Source: Candidatus Zhuqueibacterota bacterium (GTDB lineage Bacteria; Zhuqueibacterota; Zhuqueibacteria; JANLFK01; Oleimicrobiaceae). Taken from it: a DNA stretch of 64,000 bases. The stretch spans positions 133,123 through 197,122 of the forward strand of contig JANLFK010000007.1 in assembly GCA_024655945.1 (NCBI GenBank), given 5' to 3'. Both the position numbers and the translations under genes were made by a program. The stretch's first letter is position 1, and each line of letters starts with the position of its first letter. This document shows, one piece after another, positions 52,336-61,508 of the stretch. The notes under the pieces are model-generated. The model ran no database searches and had not been told where the DNA came from. It saw nothing but the letters and a program-made list of their open reading frames with translations.

Positions 52336-55300
52336 ATGTTATCCATACACAATATCTGGACAGTGGCCCGGTTTGAGATAAAGACGCTGCTGCGCAGCTG
52401 GTTCTTCCGCATCTTCGCCGGGCTGGCGGTGATCGGCCTCTTTGTGCTGAACCTGCTTTTGCTCACCAACGTGGGCAATTCGCCGTGGATCTTCCGCGGC
52501 CTGCCTGCATCGGTGCCGTACATGAACCTGTCGCTGCTCAACGTGGTGCAGGCGGTGATCGCAGTCTTCCTGGCCTCCGACTTTTTGAAGCGCGACAAGA
52601 AGTTGGACACCACCGAAGTGGTCTACATGCGCTCGATGACCAACGGCGACTATGTGTTCGGCAAGACCTTGGGTATCTTCTTGGTCTTCCTGGGCCTGAA
52701 CGTGGCGGTCCTCCTGGTGGCGGGGGTGTTCCACTCGGCCTTCAGCGGCCTGCCTTTTGGCGTGAAACCGTACCTTCTGTACACGCTGCTCATCAGCCTG
52801 CCGACGCTTTTCTATGTGTTCGGCTTAGCGTTCCTGCTCATGTCCCTCATCCGCAACCAGGCGGTGACCTTTGTGGTGCTCCTCGGCTACATCGGCCTGA
52901 CGCTCTTTGTGTTAGGGGGCGAGGCTCACCAGCTTTTCGACTACATGAGCTTCAACGTGCCGCTGATGTACTCGGACTTTGTCGGGTTTGGGAATATCGG
53001 TAAGGTGCTGATCCACCGGGGGATCTATTTCTGTCTGGGCGTTTCCTTTATCGCTGCCACGGTGCTCCTTCTGCGCCGCCTCCCGCAATCGATGGGGATG
53101 CTGCGCCTGGCGGCGGTTCTGGCCGTAGTATTCTTTGTGGCGGGTGTGGCATTGGCCGTGATGCATGTCCGCAGCTTCTTCGACGTGCGGGCACAACGCA
53201 AAGAGATGGTGGAGCTGAACACCTCGTTAGCGAGTCTGCCGCGCCCAAGTTTAGCCAGCATGCGCATAGCAGTGGACCACAAGGGCGACCGGCTGCACGG
53301 CGAAGCCACCATGGCGTTGCGCAACGAGGCCTCGCAGCCGCTCTCCCGGCTGGTAGTGGCGTTGAACCCGGGTTTGCAGGTTGAGCGGGTGGAGCAAAGC
53401 GGCCGGCCGGTAAGCGTGGCCCGTCGGCGCCACCTGTTGGAACTGACGCTTCCCGAAGCCCTGCAGCCGGGAGAGGTAGATTCAGTGCGCGTCGCCTACA
53501 GCGGCACTATCGACGAAGCGGCCTGCTACCTGGATGTGGACAATGCCAAGCGGGAAGCGCTCTATCGCGTGGCGCTGTTCAACATCGACAAGCGGCACGC
53601 ACTGGTAACCAAGGAGTTCGTGCTGCTCACCTCAGAGGCGCTTTGGTACCCGCGGCCAGGCGTCACCTACACGCCCCATGAGCCGACCGTGGTCGCCCCT
53701 GACTTTGCCCGGTTTACCCTGCAAGTGAGCACCTCGCCGGGTCTCCAGGCTATCTCCCAGGGTGAGGTGAGCAGCATAGCGCCGGGCAAGTTCGTGTTCC
53801 GGCCGGAGGTTCCATTGCCCAGCATGTCGTTGGTCATCGGCCCGTACCAGCAGCGCAGCATTACGGTTGACTCGGTGCAGTACGCGCTTTACACCTGGCC
53901 TGGCCACGACTATTTTCGCTCCTACTTCACCGAGGTGAGCGACACCTTGGGCGCCTTGATCAGGGAGATCAAGCAGGACTATGAGGTGCGGGTGGACATG
54001 AAGTACCCCTACCATCGTCTCTTCCTGGTGGAGGCGCCGGTGCAGTTCTATGCGTACCCCCGCGCCTGGGGAGGAGCGCAGGAGACCGTGCAGCCGCAGA
54101 TGGTCTTTTTGCCGGAAAAGGGCGTGTTCCTGCCGGCGGCGGATTTTCGCGAAGCCATGCGGCGGGAGCGCTGGCGCGCGCAGCGCACCAACCAGATCAG
54201 CACCCCCAAGGAGACGCAGACACGCCTGTTCCGCCAGTTCGTGGGCACCACGCTGGTCTCAGGCATGACCATGATTCGCATCGGCAGAGGTGGCGACCCT
54301 TTGAGCAGTGCCGGCTACAACGTCTTCCCCAACTACTATGCCTTTGCCACTGCGGTGCGCTCGGCGCAGTGGCCGTTTCTCAACCTGGCCATGGAGGCGT
54401 TCTTGCGGGCGCGGGCGGAGACAGGGTTCGCGCCGCCGTTCCGGTTCTTCTCAGGCTTGACGCAGGAAGAAAAGGTGAACCAAGCCCTGCAGGAGAAGAG
54501 CCTGCAGGAGCTCCTTGCTGATGCGCGCTACCAGGATCTGGTTGCCGATGCCATCAAGCTGAAAGGGACTTTTCTCTTCAGTTATCTGCAACATCGCATT
54601 GGCACGGAGCGGTTCAATGAGTTTCTGCGCCAATGGCTCGCGGCCAAGCGATTCAAGGCTGTCGATGCGCAGGAACTGGTGGCGGAGCTGCGCGATCGCT
54701 TTGGCATCGACTTGAGGAGCCTGCTGGCGGAATGGTCCACAAGCCGCCAGCTCCCCGGCTTCCTGCTGAGCAACATCGAAGGGTACAAGGTGCTGGACGG
54801 CGAGCGGACGCGGTATCAGGTAAAGTTTAAGGTCTCCAACCTCGAGCCGGCGGAGGGGCTGCTGGCCCTCACGTTCCGCGTGGCGGGAGGCGGCCCAGGG
54901 TTCGGCTTTGGCCCTCCGGGCTTCGGACAGGCCAACGAGGTACAGCGCACCGTGGTGCTGGCGGGCAATCAGACCAAAGAGGTGGGTATCGTGCTGGACG
55001 ACCAGCCGCGCATGGTGACCATCAACACTTTGACCTCGCGCAACCTCCCTTCGGTCATCAGCAGGCCATTCGATGAGTTTCAGGAGAACAAGAAGGCGGT
55101 GCCGTTCGAAGGGGAGCGCATCGTCAGCGAGCCGGTAGCCCTGGTCAATTCCGGCGAGCTGGTGGTGGACAACGAGGATCCGGGGTGCCATGTCGTTGGG
55201 AGCGCCAGCGGAAGCCCATTGCGCCATCTGCTCGGCGCCGGCTCTGCGAACAACCAGGAACGCTACGTGGCCATGCAGTTCTGGCGCCTGCCCCCGGAGT

Positions 55301-55707
55301 GGAAGGCCACCGTGCAGGCCAGCTTCTACGGCCGGTATGTGCGCTCGGCCTACTTCACCAAACCGGGCGGGGGCGATAAGGTGGTCTCCTGGACTACCCA
55401 TTTGCCTGCGCCTGGCTACTATGGCGTCTACTACTACAGCGGCGGTGCCATGCCGGGCTTCAGGCGCTTCGGCCCTGGCGGTGGAGGTCGACCGGGCGAA
55501 CGACCGCGCGACAGCGGGCAGTACCACTTCCGCATCCACCACGATGATGGTGTGGACGATGTAGTCTTCGACCGCGCCCAGGCAGAAGAAGGGTGGAACT
55601 TTTTGGGGCGCTACTACCTCTCCGGCGATAGCGCCAAGGTGGAGCTGACCAACAAGAGCGACGCGCGCGTCATCTTTGCCGACGCCGTCAAGTGGGTCAA
55701 GGAATGA
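52336..55707 (+). CDS. ABC-2 family permease fused to a large (~800 aa) extracytoplasmic domain (ABC permease/M1-aminopeptidase-like fusion; no HEXXH found)
   Basis: The N-terminal ~300 aa form a 6-TM ABC-2 permease. The remainder is soluble and resembles the permease/M1-family fusions annotated in FCB bacteria, but I could not find a zinc-binding HEXXH+E motif. Confidence 0.7.
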   Translation: MLSIHNIWTVARFEIKTLLRSWFFRIFAGLAVIGLFVLNLLLLTNVGNSPWIFRGLPASVPYMNLSLLNVVQAVIAVFLASDFLKRDKKLDTTEVVYMRSMTNGDYVFGKTLGIFLVFLGLNVAVLLVAGVFHSAFSGLPFGVKPYLLYTLLISLPTLFYVFGLAFLLMSLIRNQAVTFVVLLGYIGLTLFVLGGEAHQLFDYMSFNVPLMYSDFVGFGNIGKVLIHRGIYFCLGVSFIAATVLLLRRLPQSMGMLRLAAVLAVVFFVAGVALAVMHVRSFFDVRAQRKEMVELNTSLASLPRPSLASMRIAVDHKGDRLHGEATMALRNEASQPLSRLVVALNPGLQVERVEQSGRPVSVARRRHLLELTLPEALQPGEVDSVRVAYSGTIDEAACYLDVDNAKREALYRVALFNIDKRHALVTKEFVLLTSEALWYPRPGVTYTPHEPTVVAPDFARFTLQVSTSPGLQAISQGEVSSIAPGKFVFRPEVPLPSMSLVIGPYQQRSITVDSVQYALYTWPGHDYFRSYFTEVSDTLGALIREIKQDYEVRVDMKYPYHRLFLVEAPVQFYAYPRAWGGAQETVQPQMVFLPEKGVFLPAADFREAMRRERWRAQRTNQISTPKETQTRLFRQFVGTTLVSGMTMIRIGRGGDPLSSAGYNVFPNYYAFATAVRSAQWPFLNLAMEAFLRARAETGFAPPFRFFSGLTQEEKVNQALQEKSLQELLADARYQDLVADAIKLKGTFLFSYLQHRIGTERFNEFLRQWLAAKRFKAVDAQELVAELRDRFGIDLRSLLAEWSTSRQLPGFLLSNIEGYKVLDGERTRYQVKFKVSNLEPAEGLLALTFRVAGGGPGFGFGPPGFGQANEVQRTVVLAGNQTKEVGIVLDDQPRMVTINTLTSRNLPSVISRPFDEFQENKKAVPFEGERIVSEPVALVNSGELVVDNEDPGCHVVGSASGSPLRHLLGAGSANNQERYVAMQFWRLPPEWKATVQASFYGRYVRSAYFTKPGGGDKVVSWTTHLPAPGYYGVYYYSGGAMPGFRRFGPGGGGRPGERPRDSGQYHFRIHHDDGVDDVVFDRAQAEEGWNFLGRYYLSGDSAKVELTNKSDARVIFADAVKWVKE

Positions 55708-55754
55708 GACTGGGGAGCGCAGGTACGAGTCGGTTCTATGCAGTGGAGAGAAGG

Positions 55755-57257
55755 ATGCAGGTGAAGAGCTCACGTTATTTGTCTCGGGGAATATGGCGGC
55801 TCGCGGCAGTGCTGCTGCTTGGTGCTCTGAGCCAGGCAGCCCAAGGCCAGCGGGTGCTCACGCTGCAGGAGGCACTGGACATCGCCATGCAGCAGAGTCC
55901 AGACATTCAGCGTTCGCAGTTGAACCTGCAGCGGAGCAGCGAATCGCTCAATGCGCAGAAGGCGGCGCTCAAGTCGCAGTTCAGCCTGTCAATTACCCCG
56001 GCTGACTACCGCAACGAGCGCGTGTTCAACTCGTTCTTCTCCCGCTGGAATACCAACGAGACCAAGACGTCCTCCGGCACGTTCACCATCTCGCAGCCCA
56101 TAAAGTGGACTGACGGGACGCTGGCGCTCATCAATCGCTTCGCCTGGCAGGACGCCTACAGCGAGTTCCAGCACACGCGCAGCAAGACCTTTAGCAACAA
56201 CCTCTACCTGAGCTGGCAGCAGCCCATTTTCACCTACAACCGCACGGAGATGGCGCTGCGCCGGTTGGAGCTGGACCTCGAGGATGCGGCCCTCAGTTAC
56301 GCCATTCGCAAGTTGGCCTTGGAGCGGAGCGTGGCGCAGGCCTTCTTCGACGTCTACAGGAACAAGATGAGCCTGGAAATCGCCCGCGAGGAGCTGGCCA
56401 ACCAGGGACAGAGCTATCAGATCATCAAGAACAAGGTGGACGCAGGCCTTTCCGCCCTGGAGGAACTCTACCAGGCCGAGCTGAACCTGTCGACCAGCAA
56501 GTCCAATGTGGAGAACAAGCAAGTGGCGTTGGAAAACTCCTTAGACAGTTTCAAGCAGTTGATCGGCGTGTCGCTGTTCGAGGAGATCGCCGTGCAGGCG
56601 GACATTACCCATCAGCCGGTGCAGGTGGACCTGCAGAAGGCCCTGGACCATGGCCTACAGTGGCGCATGGAGCTGCGCCAGGCGCGCATCGACATCGAGA
56701 CCTCGCAATTCGATCTCGTTCAGGCCTCTGCCACCAATGAGTTCCGCGGCGATGTCACCGTCTCCTACGGCGTGATCGGCACCGACGAGCGGCTGGCCAA
56801 TATCTATGAGGTGCCCACCAAGAACCAGCGCTTCTCGCTCTCCCTGGAGATTCCCTTGTGGGACTGGGGAGAGAAAAAGTCGCGCATCAAGTCTGCCGAA
56901 GCGGTGGTGAAGACGCGCGAGCTGTCTCTGGAGGAGGAACGGAACAACATCCTCATCGCCATACGGCAGGTCTATCGCAACCTGCAGAACCTGGAAAGCC
57001 AGATCGAGATCGCGCGGCAGAATGTGCGCAACGCACAGCTCACCTACGACATCAACCTGGAGCGGTACAAGAACGGCGACCTCACCAGCATGGACTTGCA
57101 GCTCTACCAGAATCAGCTGTCGCAGAAGAAGCTTGCGCTGGTGGATGGCCTGATTAGCTACAAGATCGAGCTGTTGAACATGAAAATCCAGTCCCTCTGG
57201 GACTTTGAACGGAACGAGTCGGTGGTGCCCCAGGAGCTGCTCAGGTTGCGCTCGTAG
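55755..57257 (+). CDS. TolC-family outer-membrane efflux protein
   Basis: Signal peptide. Two TolC repeats of coiled-coil/beta-barrel layout. A GGAGAGAAGG SD precedes the ATG at 55755. Confidence 0.85.
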   Translation: MQVKSSRYLSRGIWRLAAVLLLGALSQAAQGQRVLTLQEALDIAMQQSPDIQRSQLNLQRSSESLNAQKAALKSQFSLSITPADYRNERVFNSFFSRWNTNETKTSSGTFTISQPIKWTDGTLALINRFAWQDAYSEFQHTRSKTFSNNLYLSWQQPIFTYNRTEMALRRLELDLEDAALSYAIRKLALERSVAQAFFDVYRNKMSLEIAREELANQGQSYQIIKNKVDAGLSALEELYQAELNLSTSKSNVENKQVALENSLDSFKQLIGVSLFEEIAVQADITHQPVQVDLQKALDHGLQWRMELRQARIDIETSQFDLVQASATNEFRGDVTVSYGVIGTDERLANIYEVPTKNQRFSLSLEIPLWDWGEKKSRIKSAEAVVKTRELSLEEERNNILIAIRQVYRNLQNLESQIEIARQNVRNAQLTYDINLERYKNGDLTSMDLQLYQNQLSQKKLALVDGLISYKIELLNMKIQSLWDFERNESVVPQELLRLRS

Positions 57258-57284
57258 CAGGTGGCTACCCGAAGGTCGGAGTGG

Positions 57285-58349
57285 ATGAAGGAGCAAGAGG
57301 TGAAAACGAGATTGTTGCTCATGTTGGGCCTGCTGCTACTGGTCGGATGTGGCGGGCGAGATACTGGGGGCGAAACGGACATTGCCGTGCCGGTATCGGT
57401 GGAGGAGATCACCCTGCGGCCGATTGAAGAGTTCATCGTGACCACCGGCACGGTGAGCGCCATCAAAGAGGCGCTGCTGAACTCCGAGACCGCCGGCCAC
57501 TACCGGCTGCTCACCAACCCGCAAACGGGGAGACCCTTTGCCCTGGGCGACCGGGTCAGCAAGGGGCAGGAGATTATCCATCTGGACAACCCGGAGTTGG
57601 AGACGAGCATCAAGATCGACTCGCAGGAGCTGAACTTAGACATCTCCAAGCGGGAGTACGAGAAGCAGCAGTCCCTGTACGAGAAGGGGGGCGTGACCTT
57701 GCGCGAGCTCAAGAATGCAGAGCGCGCCTACGTGGAGGCCAAGTACGCCTACGAAAACGCCCTGCTGCAACTGGCAAAGCTCAAGGTGGTGGCGCCTTTC
57801 GACGGGCTCATCGTCGAGCTGCCGTACTACACTCCTGGCGTGCGGGTGGCTGCCAACCAGCCGATGGTCACGATCATGAACTATAGCCAGCTCTACATGG
57901 AAGCGAACCTGCCGGGGGTGGATTTGGGAAGCGTGCAGGTCAACCAGCCGGTGCGGGTGATGAACTATACCATGCCCAAGGACACCCTGTACGGCAAGGT
58001 CTCGCAGGTGTCGCCGGCCATCGATGCCAGCACGCGCACCTTCAAGGCGGCGCTGCTCATCGACAATCCGCAGTGGCTCCTGCGCCCCGGGATGTTCGTG
58101 AAGGCGGAGATCGTGGTGGCGCGCAACGACTCGGCCATCGTCGTGCCCAAGGAGGTGATTCTGGCCAAGCGCCAGGGCAAGACCGTCTTCGTGGTGGAGC
58201 GCGGCGCCGCCCAGGAGCGGGTGATTACCACCGGCCTGGAAAACCCCAACGAGGTGGAGGTGGTGCAGGGACTGCGCGTGAACGAGCGGCTGGTGGTCAA
58301 AGGCTTCGAGACTTTGCGGAACCGCTCCAGGGTCAAGATTGTCCGCTAA
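57285..58349 (+). CDS. efflux RND transporter periplasmic adaptor subunit (membrane fusion protein)
   Basis: Lipobox LLVGC. Biotinyl-lipoyl/alpha-hairpin/beta-barrel HlyD-family architecture. Confidence 0.85.
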   Translation: MKEQEVKTRLLLMLGLLLLVGCGGRDTGGETDIAVPVSVEEITLRPIEEFIVTTGTVSAIKEALLNSETAGHYRLLTNPQTGRPFALGDRVSKGQEIIHLDNPELETSIKIDSQELNLDISKREYEKQQSLYEKGGVTLRELKNAERAYVEAKYAYENALLQLAKLKVVAPFDGLIVELPYYTPGVRVAANQPMVTIMNYSQLYMEANLPGVDLGSVQVNQPVRVMNYTMPKDTLYGKVSQVSPAIDASTRTFKAALLIDNPQWLLRPGMFVKAEIVVARNDSAIVVPKEVILAKRQGKTVFVVERGAAQERVITTGLENPNEVEVVQGLRVNERLVVKGFETLRNRSRVKIVR

Positions 58350-58379
58350 CGGCCCGGACCGCAACGAGAAAGCAGAGCA

Positions 58380-61300
58380 ATGAGAAAGCTGACGCAATTC
58401 TCCGTCGACTACCCCGTCACGGTGTTGATGCTGGTCCTGGCCGTCCTGCTGTTGGGGTACATCTCCTTTCGCAAGTTGGGGGTTGACCTCTTCCCCGACC
58501 TGAACAATCCGCGCATCTATGTGGAGCTGAAGGCAGGAGAACGTCCGCCAGAGGAGATCGAGAAGCAGTTCGTGGACGGCATCGAATCGCTGGCCATTCG
58601 CCAGCGCCATGTGGTCGAGGTGTCTTCCGTGTGCCGTGTGGGCTCGGCCCAGATCACGGTGGAATATGCCTGGGGCACGGACATGGACGAGGCCTTCCTG
58701 GACCTCCAGAAGAGCCTCACCAGCTTTGGCCAGAATGCCGCCATCGACCAGCTCACCATCACGCAGCACGACCCCAACGCCGCGCCCATCATGCTCATTG
58801 CCCTGTCGCACCCCCAGGTGGACGACATGGACGAGCTGCGCAAGGTGGCGGAGAACTATATCCGCAATGAGCTCATCCGCTTGGAGGGGGTGGCCGAGGT
58901 GGAAATCTCCGGGCAGGAGGAGAAGGAGGTGGTGCTGGAGACCGACCCCTACCTGCTGGAGGCTTATGGTCTGACCCCTGATGCCGTGGCCAATCGTCTG
59001 AACCTCTACAACCGCAATGTCTCCGGTGGCTCCATTGTCGAGATGGGGCGGCAATATGTGATCAAGGGCGTGGGCACGTTCCAGTCCTTGGAAGACATTG
59101 GCAACACCGTGCTCACCTACCGGCAGCCCACCCTGGCAGAGGCGAGTAGTACCGGCAGCACCGCCAGAGTGCCCGTGCTGTTGCGCGATGTGGCCAAGAT
59201 CGAGCTACGCAACAAAGAGCCGCAGAACATCGTCCGCCTCAACCAGAAGCGCTGCCTGGGGCTGGCCGTGTACAAAGAGACCAAGTTCAACACCGTGCGC
59301 GCGGTGAAGGACTTGTTGCGCGCGCTGGCCAACATCAGGCAGGCGCTGCCCGGGTACGAGCTGGTGGCGGTGCAGAACCAGGCGGACTTTATCACCACGG
59401 CGATTAACGAGGTCAAGCAGAGCGCACTCATCGGCGTGCTCCTGGCGGTGTTGGTGCTCTCTGTCTTCTTGCGGCGGATTGGGGCAACGGCCATCATCAG
59501 CGTGGCGATCCCCATCTCGGTGGTGGCTACCTTCAACATGATGTACTTCAACGGGCTGACCCTGAACATCATGACCCTTGGCGGGCTCGCCCTGGGCGCG
59601 GGGATGTTGGTGGACAATGCCATCGTGGTCATGGAGAACATTTTCCGCAACCTAGAGGCGGGCGTCCCGCTGCGCGAGGCCGCCATCGTCGGCACTGCCG
59701 AAGTCGGTGGCGCCATCACCGCTGCCACCCTGACGACCATTGTGGTCTTCTTGCCCATAGTCTACCTGCACGGCGTGGCGGGCGAGCTCTTCAAGGACCA
59801 GGCCTGGACCGTGGCGTTTTCGCTCCTCTCTTCCCTGGTCGTGGCCGTCTTGGTGATCCCGATGCTGGCGGCTCGTTTTCTGAAGACGGGCAACCCCACC
59901 CTGCCCAAGCGCTCGCTGTCGTTCCCCTGGTATCCGAAGATTTTGGCCCGCATTCTTGACTACAAATGGTGGGTGATCGGTGGCGCGGTGGCTCTGGTGG
60001 CGTTGGCGCTGTTGCTGCTGCCGGTAGTGGGAAGCGAGTTCATTCCCAAGACCGACCTCGGGGAGTTTACCATTGAGCTGAGGTTGCCTGAAGGCACGGA
60101 GTTGCGCCGCACCGAGCAGACCGTTGGCGGCATTGAGGATCTGATCAAGGCCACATTGGGCGAGGAGGTGCAAACCGTCTACAGCCACATTGGCCCGTCG
60201 GCCGTTTCCAGCAGCGACGAGAAGGCGATCTTTGCCGCGGAGAACACTGCCAGCGTCAGAGTCATCCTCAGCCCGAAACATCGTACGTCGGCGCAGGAGT
60301 TGATCGCTCGTTTGAATGCCAGACTTGCGGACGTCCCAGATCTGGAGGTGGAGTTCATCCAGGAGCAGTCGGCCCTGCAGAGCACCTTAGGCACCGAGGC
60401 GGCACCGCTGGTGGTGGAGATCAAGGGCACGGAGCTGGCGGTACTGGACAGCCTGACGCAACAGGCCAAGCGGCGGTTGCTGGGCATCGACGAGCTCTTC
60501 AATGTGCAGACCAGCTTCGAGGAGGGTGCGCCGGAGGTTGAAGTGGTGGTAGACCGATTGCTGGCGGGCATGTACAACATCAGCGTCGAGAGCATCAGCT
60601 CACAGCTGCGCGACCAGCTCACGGGCAAGCAGGCAGGCACCTGGGAGACCGGGGGCGAAATGCAGGACCTCACCCTGCACTTGCCGAAGGTGGGCGTGGG
60701 TCAGCTCCGCGACGTCCTCCTCACCAGCGGCGGGCAAAAGATCCGCCTGAGCGAGGTGGCCACCATCCGCGAGACGGTGGCGCCCAAGGAGATCTACCGT
60801 CGCAATCAGAATCGTATCGGTCGGGTGACCGCGCACATCCAGAAGGGCAAGCCCTTCGACCATGTGGTGCGGCAGGTGCGGCAAGAGTTGGCGCAACTGG
60901 AGCTTCCCCCCGACTACTGGGTGGCCCTCACCGGGGAGGAACAGAAGCGCAGCGAAGCGTTCCACAACCTCGGGTTTGCGCTTATCCTCTCAGTGGTGCT
61001 GGTGTACATGGTGTTGGCCAGTCAGTTCGAGTCGCTCATCCACCCCTTCACGGTGATGTTGAGCGTGCCATTGGCCGCAGTGGGGTCGGTCTTCACCTTT
61101 CTCATCGTCGGCAAGTCGTTGAACATCATGGCCTACATTGGCATCGTCATGTTGGCCGGGATCGCCGTCAACGACTCCATCATCCTGGTCGATGCCATCA
61201 ATCGGCTCAAGGCCGAGGGGTATCGGCTGCGTGATGCCATCATCGAGGCGGGACGAAGGCGGATCAGGCCCATCATCATGACCAGCCTGACCACCGTTTT

Positions 61301-61466
61301 GGCATTGCTGCCGTTGACCTTTGGCTTCGGCGAGGGGGCAGCGCTCCGGGCGCCGATGGCCTTAGCCGTGATCGGCGGCGTGGTAACGTCCACCCTGCTG
61401 ACCCTGGTGGTGATACCCTGTGTCTACCTTGCCTTTGACCAACTCCGCGCGCGATATGCGCGCTAA
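58380..61466 (+). CDS. efflux RND transporter permease subunit (AcrB/HAE1 family)
   Basis: 1028 aa, 12 TM helices plus two large periplasmic loops. Conserved AcrB motifs (GxxxDxxIVVxEN). Confidence 0.95.
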   Translation: MRKLTQFSVDYPVTVLMLVLAVLLLGYISFRKLGVDLFPDLNNPRIYVELKAGERPPEEIEKQFVDGIESLAIRQRHVVEVSSVCRVGSAQITVEYAWGTDMDEAFLDLQKSLTSFGQNAAIDQLTITQHDPNAAPIMLIALSHPQVDDMDELRKVAENYIRNELIRLEGVAEVEISGQEEKEVVLETDPYLLEAYGLTPDAVANRLNLYNRNVSGGSIVEMGRQYVIKGVGTFQSLEDIGNTVLTYRQPTLAEASSTGSTARVPVLLRDVAKIELRNKEPQNIVRLNQKRCLGLAVYKETKFNTVRAVKDLLRALANIRQALPGYELVAVQNQADFITTAINEVKQSALIGVLLAVLVLSVFLRRIGATAIISVAIPISVVATFNMMYFNGLTLNIMTLGGLALGAGMLVDNAIVVMENIFRNLEAGVPLREAAIVGTAEVGGAITAATLTTIVVFLPIVYLHGVAGELFKDQAWTVAFSLLSSLVVAVLVIPMLAARFLKTGNPTLPKRSLSFPWYPKILARILDYKWWVIGGAVALVALALLLLPVVGSEFIPKTDLGEFTIELRLPEGTELRRTEQTVGGIEDLIKATLGEEVQTVYSHIGPSAVSSSDEKAIFAAENTASVRVILSPKHRTSAQELIARLNARLADVPDLEVEFIQEQSALQSTLGTEAAPLVVEIKGTELAVLDSLTQQAKRRLLGIDELFNVQTSFEEGAPEVEVVVDRLLAGMYNISVESISSQLRDQLTGKQAGTWETGGEMQDLTLHLPKVGVGQLRDVLLTSGGQKIRLSEVATIRETVAPKEIYRRNQNRIGRVTAHIQKGKPFDHVVRQVRQELAQLELPPDYWVALTGEEQKRSEAFHNLGFALILSVVLVYMVLASQFESLIHPFTVMLSVPLAAVGSVFTFLIVGKSLNIMAYIGIVMLAGIAVNDSIILVDAINRLKAEGYRLRDAIIEAGRRRIRPIIMTSLTTVLALLPLTFGFGEGAALRAPMALAVIGGVVTSTLLTLVVIPCVYLAFDQLRARYAR

Positions 61467-61508
61467 GGCCTCATTGCATACGCCACTGGTGAATCGGGAA
61501 GAGCAAGA